64,000 nt of DNA, from assembly GCA_963724125.1 (NCBI GenBank), contig CAVRTJ010000011.1, forward strand, positions 64,529 to 128,528, given 5' to 3'. A model generated the notes under the pieces. That model was not told where the DNA came from, did not search any database, and worked only from the letters and a program-made list of their open reading frames with translations. Within the stretch, counting starts at the first letter, position 1, and every line of letters begins with the position of its first letter. Below, piece by piece: positions 29,176 to 38,422 of the stretch. Both the position numbers and the translations under genes were made by a program. Source of the DNA: an uncultured Acidobacteriota bacterium. Its GTDB lineage: Bacteria > Acidobacteriota > UBA4820 > DSQY01.

Positions 29176-29973
29176 ATGGACTGGACGTGTGAATGTGGAA
29201 CGCAGAATCCGGACGGGACGAAGTTCTGCAACCAGTGCGGAGCGCCGAGGCCGCCCGTTCACCCCCCCAAGAACACTCCGTCCGTTCCGGCCGCTCCGCC
29301 GAAGGAGTCCGCGGCGAAGGCAATCCCCCCGCCGGAACCGCCTCAATCGGGCCCTGGCGGTCCTTCCGCGGGGTCCACCGGTCCGTCCGGGGCGGGAAGC
29401 GTTTCCCGGATCCCACCGGCCACCGTTCCTCCGCCGGCGGGACAGGGCGTACCCAAGAAGAAGGGCAAGGGCTGCCTGTTGTGGACCGTCGTGATCCTCG
29501 CCGTCCTCCTCGTCTTTTGCCTGATCGCGGCGGCGGTCGGCTATTTCGTCGTATGGCCGAAACTCAAGGGGAGCAACAGGATCAAACAGGCCACCGCAGT
29601 GGCCGAAATGACCAAGATTTCGGTCGCTTTGGAAAGGTACAAGACCTCGAGCGGCGCATATCCCTCTCCCGGTCACAACCCAGACAGTTACTACAGTATC
29701 GTCGACCTGGGAAAGCTCGCCCCGCAACTGGCCCCGGCTTACCTCAAGACGGTGCCTCTGGATCCCTGGGGCCACCCCTACGAATACGGTACCAGCCCGG
29801 ACGACGGCTCATACGTGCTGATATGTAGCGGATCGGATGGGGTCAATTCACTGGAACAGATCCCCGCCGAGCCCAAGGACACACATTGTTACGAGGACGA
29901 GATAGTCCTGGAAAATGGTGCCTTCATGCAGAAGCCGGGCGGCAGACAGGAGTCTTGTTCCAAAGGCGGTTGA
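29176..29973 (+). CDS. Zinc-ribbon / Pro-rich linker / TM helix / GspG-like (type II secretion pseudopilin core) fusion protein
   Basis: N-terminus DWTCECGTQNPDGTKFCNQCGAP (zinc_ribbon_2-like). Pro/Ser-rich linker. TM helix LLWTVVILAVLLVFCLIAAAVGYFVVW. Then a pseudopilin-like globular domain ATAVAEMTKISVALERYKTSSGAYPS...LAPAYLKTVPLDPWGHPYEY...YVLICSGSDGV. No prepilin (G/FTLIE) leader. Confidence 0.65.
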   Translation: MDWTCECGTQNPDGTKFCNQCGAPRPPVHPPKNTPSVPAAPPKESAAKAIPPPEPPQSGPGGPSAGSTGPSGAGSVSRIPPATVPPPAGQGVPKKKGKGCLLWTVVILAVLLVFCLIAAAVGYFVVWPKLKGSNRIKQATAVAEMTKISVALERYKTSSGAYPSPGHNPDSYYSIVDLGKLAPQLAPAYLKTVPLDPWGHPYEYGTSPDDGSYVLICSGSDGVNSLEQIPAEPKDTHCYEDEIVLENGAFMQKPGGRQESCSKGG

Positions 29974-30029
29974 AGGCTCTGGGGTTTGTCGGACCACGCC
30001 ATGCCCCGGGCAGCGAGGAGGTTTGCGGA

Positions 30030-31745
30030 ATGAAGGCGGCAAGGTTCGTGCTCTGGATGCTCATCGGCACCCTTCTTTTCGGCTTCGCGGCCAGAGCCCA
30101 GGCCGTCTATCAGGCCGGGCGGAGCGGTGGAGGGTACGCTCTCGTAGCGGGCGATCACGTGCGTTTCACTCCGGGGAGCAATCCCATCCCCGACTTCCTC
30201 TATCTCTATGTCGAATCCGGCGAGGGAAATGTGATCGTGTCCGATGGTGTGGGAGACGTAAGCACCGGGTTATATTTCAGCACTGGCGATCTCATCCTGC
30301 TCGGTACGCCCGGGCCGTTCGACCTCTATTTCCAGGGCGGCGCCATCCAGATCGTTTACGGAGGAGCGCAGGTCGGGGCCCTGCCGGCACCGGTATGCGG
30401 GACCGGCGTTCAAGGTCCGGTCATTCTGCTTCCGGACAAAAAATACAGTGCGGCGGTCCAGTCGTCGTCCGAGACTTCGATCAAGGTCGGGGTGTACGCT
30501 ACCCTCCAATCCTTCTACAGCGGGAGCCTGCCCTATCTCCTCGCCAGCGATTACACGCGGACCGGTTCGTATGCGGTTCCCACGTGCACGGGATCGGAGT
30601 GCTGCAACCCGACCTCGCTCGTCTTCACGGTGAACAACATCACCGGGTCCAGTTTCGAAGTCGTTCAGTTGGATGCGGACCCCGCCGCGGACTTCGACTA
30701 CGCCCTGTCCCAGCCGGTCCCTCTGGCCGCCGCGGCACATGCCAGCCCGACGAACGGTGCACCGCCCCTGACCGTCGACTTCCAAGGTAAGGCCTCAGGG
30801 GGATCGCCGCCCTACAACTACACCTGGGACTTCGGGGACGGAAGCGCCAAGAAGACGTCCCAGAACCCCAGTCACACGTACGACACCGCCGGGACCTTCA
30901 ATCCCGTCCTCAAGGTAACCGATTCCGATGGCGGTGTGGCCAAAGACGAGAGCCTGTCCATCGACGTGAACACTCCGATCACCGTGACGGCCAATGTTAC
31001 GCCGTCTTCGGGCGATATCCCGCTGACCGTGACGTGCACCGCGAGCGCATCGGGCGGCACGCCGCCCTACACCTACGATTGGGACTTCGGAGAGGGCGGC
31101 CAGGGATCGGGGGCAAGCACCACGCACATCTACACGAAAGCGGGCGCCTACAGCGTGTCCCTCTCCGTGGAGGACAGCGTGGGAGTCGTGAACCAGGAAT
31201 TCGGCGTCGTGGTCCGCGCCATCGATCCCAATGCCCTTTACGCCTCGGCACAGGCCGACGTGACAGCCGGTTCCGTTCCGCTCACGGTGCACTTCACCGG
31301 TTCGGCCTCGGGGGGGGCACCTCCCTACACCTACGCGTGGAACTTCGGCGACGGCGGACAGTCGACGGAGCAGAACCCCACCCATACCTACACGACCGTC
31401 GGGACATACCACCCGGTTTTCACCGCGACCGATTCCACGAGTGCCTACACGACCGACAACCTGACCGTTCAGGCCAACCCGGGCGAGAGCGTCCCAGTTA
31501 TCTTCCAGGTCAAGAAGAAGGGGAGTCCCTTCCGGCTGAAAATACTCGGGAGCGGTTTCGCTCCGGGGTGCCAGGTGCTGATCGACGGCGTCACGGTGCC
31601 GATGGTGAGCTACAAGACGGCCAACAAGGTCGTGGCGAAGAATGGCCGCGCGCTCAAGGACATGGTCCCCAAGGGAACCGCGGTGTGCGTCACCGTCCGT
31701 AACCCCCAGGGCTCCGAGTCGCCCTGTTTCAGCTTCACGCGCTAG
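30030..31745 (+). CDS. Secreted protein with 4 PKD domains and the shared C-terminal IPT-like domain
   Basis: RBS GAGGAG then ATG 30030. Signal peptide MKAARFVLWMLIGTLLFGFAARAQA. PKD motifs YNYTWDFGDGS, YTYDWDFGEGG, YTYAWNFGDGG. C-terminus VIFQVKKKGSPFRLKILGSGF... is homologous to the C-terminus of the C25 peptidase. Confidence 0.8.
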   Translation: MKAARFVLWMLIGTLLFGFAARAQAVYQAGRSGGGYALVAGDHVRFTPGSNPIPDFLYLYVESGEGNVIVSDGVGDVSTGLYFSTGDLILLGTPGPFDLYFQGGAIQIVYGGAQVGALPAPVCGTGVQGPVILLPDKKYSAAVQSSSETSIKVGVYATLQSFYSGSLPYLLASDYTRTGSYAVPTCTGSECCNPTSLVFTVNNITGSSFEVVQLDADPAADFDYALSQPVPLAAAAHASPTNGAPPLTVDFQGKASGGSPPYNYTWDFGDGSAKKTSQNPSHTYDTAGTFNPVLKVTDSDGGVAKDESLSIDVNTPITVTANVTPSSGDIPLTVTCTASASGGTPPYTYDWDFGEGGQGSGASTTHIYTKAGAYSVSLSVEDSVGVVNQEFGVVVRAIDPNALYASAQADVTAGSVPLTVHFTGSASGGAPPYTYAWNFGDGGQSTEQNPTHTYTTVGTYHPVFTATDSTSAYTTDNLTVQANPGESVPVIFQVKKKGSPFRLKILGSGFAPGCQVLIDGVTVPMVSYKTANKVVAKNGRALKDMVPKGTAVCVTVRNPQGSESPCFSFTR

Positions 31746-32085
31746 CAGGCTGCCTGGGCGTTCGGCAGGTCCCCTCTATCTCGATACCCTGATCACCCAC
31801 CGCTATCGGTATCGGGTCTCGGTATCGCCATCGAAGTCGATTTCCGGATCCCCCGTTCTCCGGCCGGCCTTTGTATGGCTTCTGCGAGGCCCTCTTTGAA
31901 AGGCCGGGAGAGTCCGGGCGATCTCGGGCGATGGGCGGTGGCAAGCCCGGGCTAGGGATGCGATCCCGATTCCGATCCCGATTTCAATTGCCGCAACGTA
32001 AATTCTGGGGGATCCGGTGTGCCGGTGCAGTTAGATTTTTCGGCAGTTTAGTCTTATAATCTAGGGCTTTAGGAGGCCCGATAGT

Positions 32086-34542
32086 ATGCCCTACGATCCG
32101 CACGCCGTCGAGACCCGCGTCCAGAAACTATGGGACGAATCGGGTGTGTCTGCAGTGGAAGAAGACCGGAACCGAAAGAAATTCTATTGCCTCGAGATGT
32201 TCATGTACCCTTCGGGCAGGATTCACATGGGCCACGTGCGCAACTACACCATCGGTGACGTGGTGGCGCGCTTCCGTCGGATGCGCGGGGAGAACGTCCT
32301 GCACCCCATGGGTTTCGACGCCTTCGGCCTGCCTGCCGAGAACGCCGCCATAAAGGGGAACGTCCACCCGAGCGAGTGGACGGAGGCCAACATCCGTGCA
32401 ATGAAGGGCCAGCTCAAGCGCATGGGCTTTCTCTACGACTGGAACCGGGAAGTCCGGACTTGCGAGCCCGAGTACTACCGTTGGAACCAGTGGTTCTTCC
32501 TGAATATGTTCGAAAAGGGCCTGGCCTACAAGGCGAAGCGGGCCGTGAACTGGTGCCCGGACTGCGCCACCGTTCTGGCCAACGAGCAGGTGGAGAATGG
32601 CACCTGCTGGCGGTGCCACAACGAGGTCGCCGTGAGGGAGATGGACCAGTGGTTCTTCCGCATCACGGACTATGCCCAGGAACTGCTGGACGACCTGGAC
32701 GGTCTCGCCGGCTGGCCGCCCGAGGTCGTGGCCATGCAGCGCAACTGGATCGGACGCTCTGAAGGCGCCCTCGTGGACTTCGCCGTGGACGGGGCGGACG
32801 AGAAAATCCGCGTCTTTACCACCCGCATCGATACCATCTATGGTGCCACCTACATGGTGCTCGCGCCCGACCACCCCGAAGTCGACGACCTCACGACCGA
32901 AGAACACAGGTCGGAGGTTGAAGCATTCAGGAAGAAGGTTGCCGCCTTGAGCACCCACGAACGGGCCACGTCGAGAGAGAAACTCGGCGTCTTCACCGGC
33001 GCGCACGCCGTCAACCCCTTTTCGGGCGAGAAGATCCCCGTGTACATCGCCAACTTCGTGCTCATGGACTACGGCACGGGGGCGGTCATGAGCGTTCCCG
33101 CGCACGATCAGCGCGACTTCGAATTCGCCCGGGCCTACGGCCTGCCCATCCGGGTGGTGGTCCGCAGCGAAGACACGGAGAACGGCGAACTGGCCGAGGC
33201 CGTCCCGGCCGATGGAACTGTGGTGGAAAGCGGTCCCTACTCGGGCATGCCGAATCGGGAAGCCATGGAGAAGATGGCGGCTTTCGCCGAGTCCGAAGGC
33301 TTCGGAAAAAGGACCGTGACCTACCGCATCAAGGACTGGGGCATCTCCCGGCAGCGCTACTGGGGGACACCCATTCCCATCGTTTACTGCGAGCGGTGCG
33401 GCACAGTGGCAGTGCCCGAATCGGATCTGCCGGTCGTCCTTCCCCGGGATGTCGTTTTCACCGGAAAAGGCGAGAGCCCACTCGCAAGGGACGAGGGCTT
33501 CGTCAATACGATGTGCCCCAAGTGCGGAAAAGCCGCGCGGCGCGAAACGGACACCATGGATACTTTCGTGGACTCGTCGTGGTACTTCCTCCGCTACTGC
33601 AATGCCCACAACGACGCAGCCGCGCTGGACAGGAAGGCCGTGGACTACTGGGCGCCCGTGGACTTCTACATCGGCGGCATAGAGCACGCAACCATGCACC
33701 TCATCTACTGCCGGTTCTTTACGATGGTCCTCAGGGACCTGGGCCTCGTGCCGTTCGACGAGCCCGTCAAGCGCCTCATGTGCCAGGGCATGGTCATCAA
33801 GGACGGCGCCAAGATGAGCAAGAGCCTCGGGAATCTCGTGGAACCGGACGAGATGATCGAGCGCTACGGCGCGGACGCCGTCCGTCTGAACATCGTCTTC
33901 CTGTCGCCGCCCTGGGACAGGCTCGACTGGGCCGAAAGCGGCGCAGAGGGCGCCTTCCGCTTCCTGCACCGCGTCTACGGGCTGGTGGAAGAACTAGCCG
34001 AAGACCTCAAGGGGCAATGCGCCGAGCCGGCGCCGGACGACGTCCACCCCCTGCGCCGCAAGACCCATCAGACCGTCGGGCGCGTCACGTCCGAACTCCA
34101 GGACCGCCTCAAGCTCAACACGGCCGTAGCCGCGCTCATGGAGCTGGTGAACGCCATCCAGGCGTTCCTGCCGTCCTATAACGGCACCCCCGAACAGCGC
34201 TTCATCCTCAAGGAGGCGGTGGAAAGCCTCGTTCAGATGCTTTCGCCCTTCAGCCCCCACGCCGCCGACGCCATGTGGCAGATGCTGGGGCGCGACGGAT
34301 TCCTGGTGGACGGCCCGTGGCCGGTCTTCGACCCGGCCATCGCCAAGGAGGACGAGGTCACGCTGGCCGTGCAGGTCAACGGCAAAGTCCGGGGGCAGAT
34401 CATCGTTCCGGCCGATGCCGACGCGCGGACCGTCCTCGACGCGGCCCGGGCGAACGGGAAAGTCCTCGCGCACCTCGAGGGCAAGACCGTGGTCAAGGAA
34501 CTCGTGGTACCCGGCCGGATCGTCAACTTTGTCGTGCGGTGA
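32086..34542 (+). CDS. leuS: Leucine--tRNA ligase
   Basis: 818 aa, intact. HIGH (HMGHVRNY) and KMSKS motifs present. Confidence 0.95.
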   Translation: MPYDPHAVETRVQKLWDESGVSAVEEDRNRKKFYCLEMFMYPSGRIHMGHVRNYTIGDVVARFRRMRGENVLHPMGFDAFGLPAENAAIKGNVHPSEWTEANIRAMKGQLKRMGFLYDWNREVRTCEPEYYRWNQWFFLNMFEKGLAYKAKRAVNWCPDCATVLANEQVENGTCWRCHNEVAVREMDQWFFRITDYAQELLDDLDGLAGWPPEVVAMQRNWIGRSEGALVDFAVDGADEKIRVFTTRIDTIYGATYMVLAPDHPEVDDLTTEEHRSEVEAFRKKVAALSTHERATSREKLGVFTGAHAVNPFSGEKIPVYIANFVLMDYGTGAVMSVPAHDQRDFEFARAYGLPIRVVVRSEDTENGELAEAVPADGTVVESGPYSGMPNREAMEKMAAFAESEGFGKRTVTYRIKDWGISRQRYWGTPIPIVYCERCGTVAVPESDLPVVLPRDVVFTGKGESPLARDEGFVNTMCPKCGKAARRETDTMDTFVDSSWYFLRYCNAHNDAAALDRKAVDYWAPVDFYIGGIEHATMHLIYCRFFTMVLRDLGLVPFDEPVKRLMCQGMVIKDGAKMSKSLGNLVEPDEMIERYGADAVRLNIVFLSPPWDRLDWAESGAEGAFRFLHRVYGLVEELAEDLKGQCAEPAPDDVHPLRRKTHQTVGRVTSELQDRLKLNTAVAALMELVNAIQAFLPSYNGTPEQRFILKEAVESLVQMLSPFSPHAADAMWQMLGRDGFLVDGPWPVFDPAIAKEDEVTLAVQVNGKVRGQIIVPADADARTVLDAARANGKVLAHLEGKTVVKELVVPGRIVNFVVR

Positions 34543-34573
34543 GTTAGAATGCAGACTTGCGGGTGAGGTGATC

Positions 34574-35116
34574 ATGAAAAAACGGGCCGGAAAAGCGCTC
34601 CTCTTTCTTGCCGCCTTCCTGTGTATCCTGGCGACCGCCGCTTGTGGCTACCGCCTCCTCGGATCGGCTGGCGCCCTGCCACCGACGGTCAAGACCATCG
34701 CCGTTATGCCCTTTGAGCGGGGGGTCCCGGTCCTCCAGCTAGACCAGCGCGTCACGGAGGCGGTGACCCGCGAGGTGGCCCAGCGTATGAGGGTGAAGGT
34801 CCAGTCGACCAAGGCCGGGGCGGACGCGGTCCTCAGCGGGGCCATCACCGCCTACAACGTGGCGCCCCTGTCCTACGACGCCGAGGGGAGGGCGAACCGC
34901 TACCAGGTCAACATGGCGGCCAGCGTGAAACTCGTCGACTCATCAGGCAAGGTCCTCTTTCAGTCGCCTTCCTACCGCTTCAGCCAGGTCTACGAGCGCT
35001 CGGGAAGCCCGTCCTCCTACATCAATCAAGAAGTCGTTGCCTACGACGTGGTGGCGCGAGATTTCGCCCGGGCCCTGGTGGCCTCCATCCTGGAGGGCGG
35101 GTCCGATGGCCGGTGA
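34574..35116 (+). CDS. lptE: LPS-assembly lipoprotein LptE
   Basis: MKKRAGKALLFLAAFLCILATAACGYRLLG... (lipobox). Conserved position immediately after leuS. Confidence 0.7.
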   Translation: MKKRAGKALLFLAAFLCILATAACGYRLLGSAGALPPTVKTIAVMPFERGVPVLQLDQRVTEAVTREVAQRMRVKVQSTKAGADAVLSGAITAYNVAPLSYDAEGRANRYQVNMAASVKLVDSSGKVLFQSPSYRFSQVYERSGSPSSYINQEVVAYDVVARDFARALVASILEGGSDGR

Positions 35117-36166
35117 CCAGACGCCGCGTCACGAGGAACACGCGCATCCAGGTTCCTGGGTGGTCTACAGCCTCACGCCCAAGGGCCTTCTCAAGGAAGA
35201 GTTCACGTCCGGGGTCAAGACCCACACGGACCTCATCTATTACGACGAAATCTGGGACACCTTCAGGGCCCGCCGCCTCCACCGCCGCGGGACCTGGCTG
35301 CTGGCCTGGGTGACGCTTCTTTCCGCCATCGTTCCCGGTCTCCCGAGTGTGTCCTGGGTCATGTTGCTTCCTGTCTGGGGGACGCTCACGGCCGGGTGGG
35401 TGCTTTTGGTCCTCGCCCTCCGGAACGTCGTGGTGACGCTCTACGATTTCGATGGACAGGATCTGGCCACGCTCCACGGCCCATCCAACAGCGCCTTTAT
35501 CGAGTTTCTGGGCGAATTAGACGTGCGGGTCCGGCACGCGAGATATCCGCTGCAGGGTACGCTTGAGGGTCTCGATCTGGGCTCGTGCAGTTGGAAGGGG
35601 TTCCGCCGGCGCTGGTCCTGTCGCTATCTCTACGACCGCGTCGTATTCGAAAGCGAGGGACCGTTCGGCTTTGAGGTCAGGGAATTCTACGGTCTGAACA
35701 CGCTCAACCCGCCGGTGCGCCTGGCCTGGAAGGTCCCCAAAATTGCGCTGGCGGGTTTCCTCTGCGGGGTCCTCTTCGCCGGTCCTCTTTCCTACATGGC
35801 GACGGGCGGGGGGGGCACGCCCTGGATCTGGCCTTCGGGGGACTCGCCGTCCTCGCGGCCGCGTGTGCGATCTGGCTCCTGCTTTTCCTGCGCGTCGCCG
35901 TGTCGGTGTCCACAGGGACGGGAACCGTCGAATCGGTTGCGCTGCCCTGGTGGCAGACCAGCCAGCGGCGGAGCATCCTCACGTGGTTCGCGCGCATCGT
36001 CCGCCTCGCCGACCGCACCGCCTTGATCGACTACGACGACTACTGGGAGTTTCATCGCGCCAAGCTCGAAATCCTCCGCGAAGAAAGTTTCCTCGACACC
36101 TGGCCCTACCGCTCCGCCCTCTCCCGCCTCAACAGCCAGGAGCGAGAGGACCTCGGGGGAGAATAA
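35106..36166 (+). CDS. Hypothetical membrane protein (frameshift in an 8-G homopolymer at about 35809)
   Basis: ATG overlaps the lptE stop (ATGGCCGGTGA). Two TM helices. Shifting frame after acgggcGGGGGGGGcacg continues ...LDLAFGGLAVLAAACAIWLLLFLRVAVS...DYDDYWEFHRAKLEILREE.... Confidence 0.5.
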
Positions 36167-36538
36167 AAAGACAATTTGGGAATTGGGATTTGGGATTGCG
36201 GATTTAGACTGCGGTTGGGGACGGGCCTTCGAGGGCCCGCTCAGCTTTACCCCTGACTTTCTCACCCCCCCGGTCTTCGAAGGCCGACCAGGGCACAAAA
36301 CACTAGACACTAGACACTGCGCCGGGGCGCAAGGGATTTGGGATTTAGAAACGGTTCGGGCCGGCCGTTTCGGCCGATTGCCATCGTCCGCTACGTTAGA
36401 ATGGTAGCTGGCAACCCTTCGAAGGCCCGCCTTCGCCGTCCCGTATCTCTTTTAGCCTTTAGAATTTAGCCCTTCGCCCTTGCCACCTTCAGAGGCCTAC
36501 CCCCGCCTCGATCACTCGGTCACTCGATCACCAGATCA
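36167..36538. repeat. Mosaic intergenic repeat array
   Basis: Modules in order: aaagacaatttgg, (GGGAATT/GGGATTT/GCGGATT) heptads, GGGCCTTCGAGGGCCC and GGTCTTCGAAGGCC palindromes, ACACTAGACACTAGACACTG, a second heptad/hairpin unit (aaacggttcgggccggccgtttcggccg), CCCTTCGAAGGCCCG, and CGATCACTCGGTCACTCGATCACCAGATCACT. Confidence 0.8.
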
Positions 36539-38224
36539 CTACAAGAGACACGTCGCACAGGCCTGGGCCACGGCCTTGAGGCCGACATCGAACGGGTTTG
36601 CCACGAATGGGTCGTCGGGCAGGATCCGGATCGGCTGTCCGCGCCGGGCCATGAGCTGTTTGAATGTCTCGAGGCTGCGCGCCTTGCGCATGGTGACGCC
36701 GGCCAGGAAGGACGCCGTGAGCAAGACCCGCGGGTCGAGCCCCGTCTCCGAGGCCGCGGACCTCAGCTCCTTCTGGTGTCCTAGGATGTAGCTGAGTTTC
36801 ACCTGGGCGTCGGCCAGGGGCAAGTCCCCGCACGGCACGCCGCCCGCTTCCAGCAGGCCCAGTCCCGTTTCGTACTCGGCGTCGTAGGATTCCAGCGGGA
36901 CCTGAGAGGTCACGGCCACGAAGATGCCCGACTTGACGGCTTCCGACAAAGCCGGCAGGACCGAACGGACCGAATCCGGGAGGATGTTGGCGTTGCCGCC
37001 GCCGTAGGCCGCGAAGATGGCGCCCCGCCCGCAGGCCTCGAACTGGGCGGCGTAGTCCCGGGTGGTGAAGAGGGGATTGGCGAAGACGGGTTTGACCGAG
37101 TGGTCGAAGCTCGTGTCCGCGTCTGCCACGCCGATCTTTTCGATCTCGCGGGCCAGCTTGGCCCAGTGCTCGAAGGACATGTTGGACGAATCCAGCGCGA
37201 ACAGGTCGTGCCGGTGCGGGTTTACAAAGAACGACGAGAGCGAGTCGTTCAGGTACTTCCACACGAAATCGCCCGTGGGTTTGAGTCCGCCCATCTCCTC
37301 GCCGTTTCGCTGGGACTCGATGGTGCCTCCCGTGCGTATGAGGTGGAGGTCCTCGAGACGCTGGTCCTCGTATGGCAGGAAGGCCCAGTCCTTCCTGAAC
37401 GACTCCACGCCCTCGGGCGTCGCGCTCGCAGCCACGCGCCCTTCGAAGGCGTCCATGTCCCACTTGCGGTACTTTGTCAGCCTGCCGGAAAAGACCCGCC
37501 GGCCGTTGTTGAAGACCGCGAAGAGGTGGGCAGGCCTGAGCCTGTTGATAAGGTACAGGGCGGTCTTGAGGTTCCCAAGGGCGTCGGAGATGGAAAAGTA
37601 GCCCTCAAGCGGGACCTGCGAGCCCGTCACCGCAACGTTGGCCTTGAGGTTCTTGAGGGCGTACCGGAGGTAGCACAGGCCCCACGCCATGGTGTCCGTG
37701 CCGTGGGTGATGAGGATGCCCGTGTCGTTGGCCACCCGGCCGTGTTTGAACAGAGCCCTGACGATATGCCATTCGAGCACGTCGAAGCGGCCGCTCGTGA
37801 GGATTTCCTCCTTGAAGAGAAAGCCCTCCGGGTCCAGCTCCTCCACGGTCATGTCGTCCGTGATGGTCTCCGAGATGAATGCGTCGCGGATGATGCGGGC
37901 GTCCTGGATGTCGGTCAGCATGATGACGGGCGTCTGGGGCAGGTGCCGGCGCACGTGGTACAGGAGCCCCATGCCCTCCCGTCCGCCGGGCGTCAGCTCC
38001 ACGTCGAGGACAACGAGGTCCGGGCGCTCGGACTTCAAGAGGTCCAGAGCGTCCTTTTCCGTGCGGGCGAAGCGGATGGCCCAGTCCGGCTGGGCCGCCG
38101 CGAAGTAATCGGCGATCTTCTTCTCGTAACCGTCCAGGTCGTCGTCGACGAAGTGGATCTTGAACGTCCGTCGCCATACCGCCTGTCCTCCTCCGCACGC
38201 CCCGTTGGGCGCCGGAAACAACAT
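36539..38224 (-). CDS. Response-regulator receiver domain fused to L-asparaginase (type II-like N- and C-terminal domains)
   Basis: REC: ...KIHFVDDDLDGYEKKIADYF...PDLVVLDVELTPGGREGMGLL...PVIMLTD.... Asparaginase: ...GILITHGTDTMAWGLCYLRYALKNLKANVAVTGSQVPL... and ...IFAAYGGGNANILPDSVRSVLPALSEAVKSGIFVAVTSQV.... The start taken is the ATG at 38224 with a weak RBS. Confidence 0.65.
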   Translation of the reverse strand: MLFPAPNGACGGGQAVWRRTFKIHFVDDDLDGYEKKIADYFAAAQPDWAIRFARTEKDALDLLKSERPDLVVLDVELTPGGREGMGLLYHVRRHLPQTPVIMLTDIQDARIIRDAFISETITDDMTVEELDPEGFLFKEEILTSGRFDVLEWHIVRALFKHGRVANDTGILITHGTDTMAWGLCYLRYALKNLKANVAVTGSQVPLEGYFSISDALGNLKTALYLINRLRPAHLFAVFNNGRRVFSGRLTKYRKWDMDAFEGRVAASATPEGVESFRKDWAFLPYEDQRLEDLHLIRTGGTIESQRNGEEMGGLKPTGDFVWKYLNDSLSSFFVNPHRHDLFALDSSNMSFEHWAKLAREIEKIGVADADTSFDHSVKPVFANPLFTTRDYAAQFEACGRGAIFAAYGGGNANILPDSVRSVLPALSEAVKSGIFVAVTSQVPLESYDAEYETGLGLLEAGGVPCGDLPLADAQVKLSYILGHQKELRSAASETGLDPRVLLTASFLAGVTMRKARSLETFKQLMARRGQPIRILPDDPFVANPFDVGLKAVAQACATCLL

Positions 38225-38422
38225 AGCACCAGCCCGCGCCGTTGGAAAGGCGGGGCGGGGTTGCACAGTGAGGCGGTGAGGCTGTGAGATGTGAGAAAAG
38301 ATGGGTTTAATCGGTGAGACGCTGAGAACGCAGAGAAAAGATTGCGAAAAAAGCCTCCTTGATTTGATCGAATGCCTTTGCGGGTTGGAAGGAAATTGAA
38401 CCACAGAGAACACAGAGGGCAC

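Noticed and set aside
36180-36215. Tandem heptad arrays (GGGATTT)n considered as a CRISPR or telomere-like array
   Set aside because: The unit is only 7 bp with no spacers and no cas genes. Arrays are 3-6 units and part of a larger mosaic repeat.
36410-36435. CCTTCGAAGGCC palindromes considered as tRNA T-arm remnants (GGTTCGAATCC-like)
   Set aside because: No cloverleaf can be folded around any copy. The motif is a perfect palindrome recurring at more than 9 sites as part of the repeat family, and no tRNA-sized conserved flanks exist.
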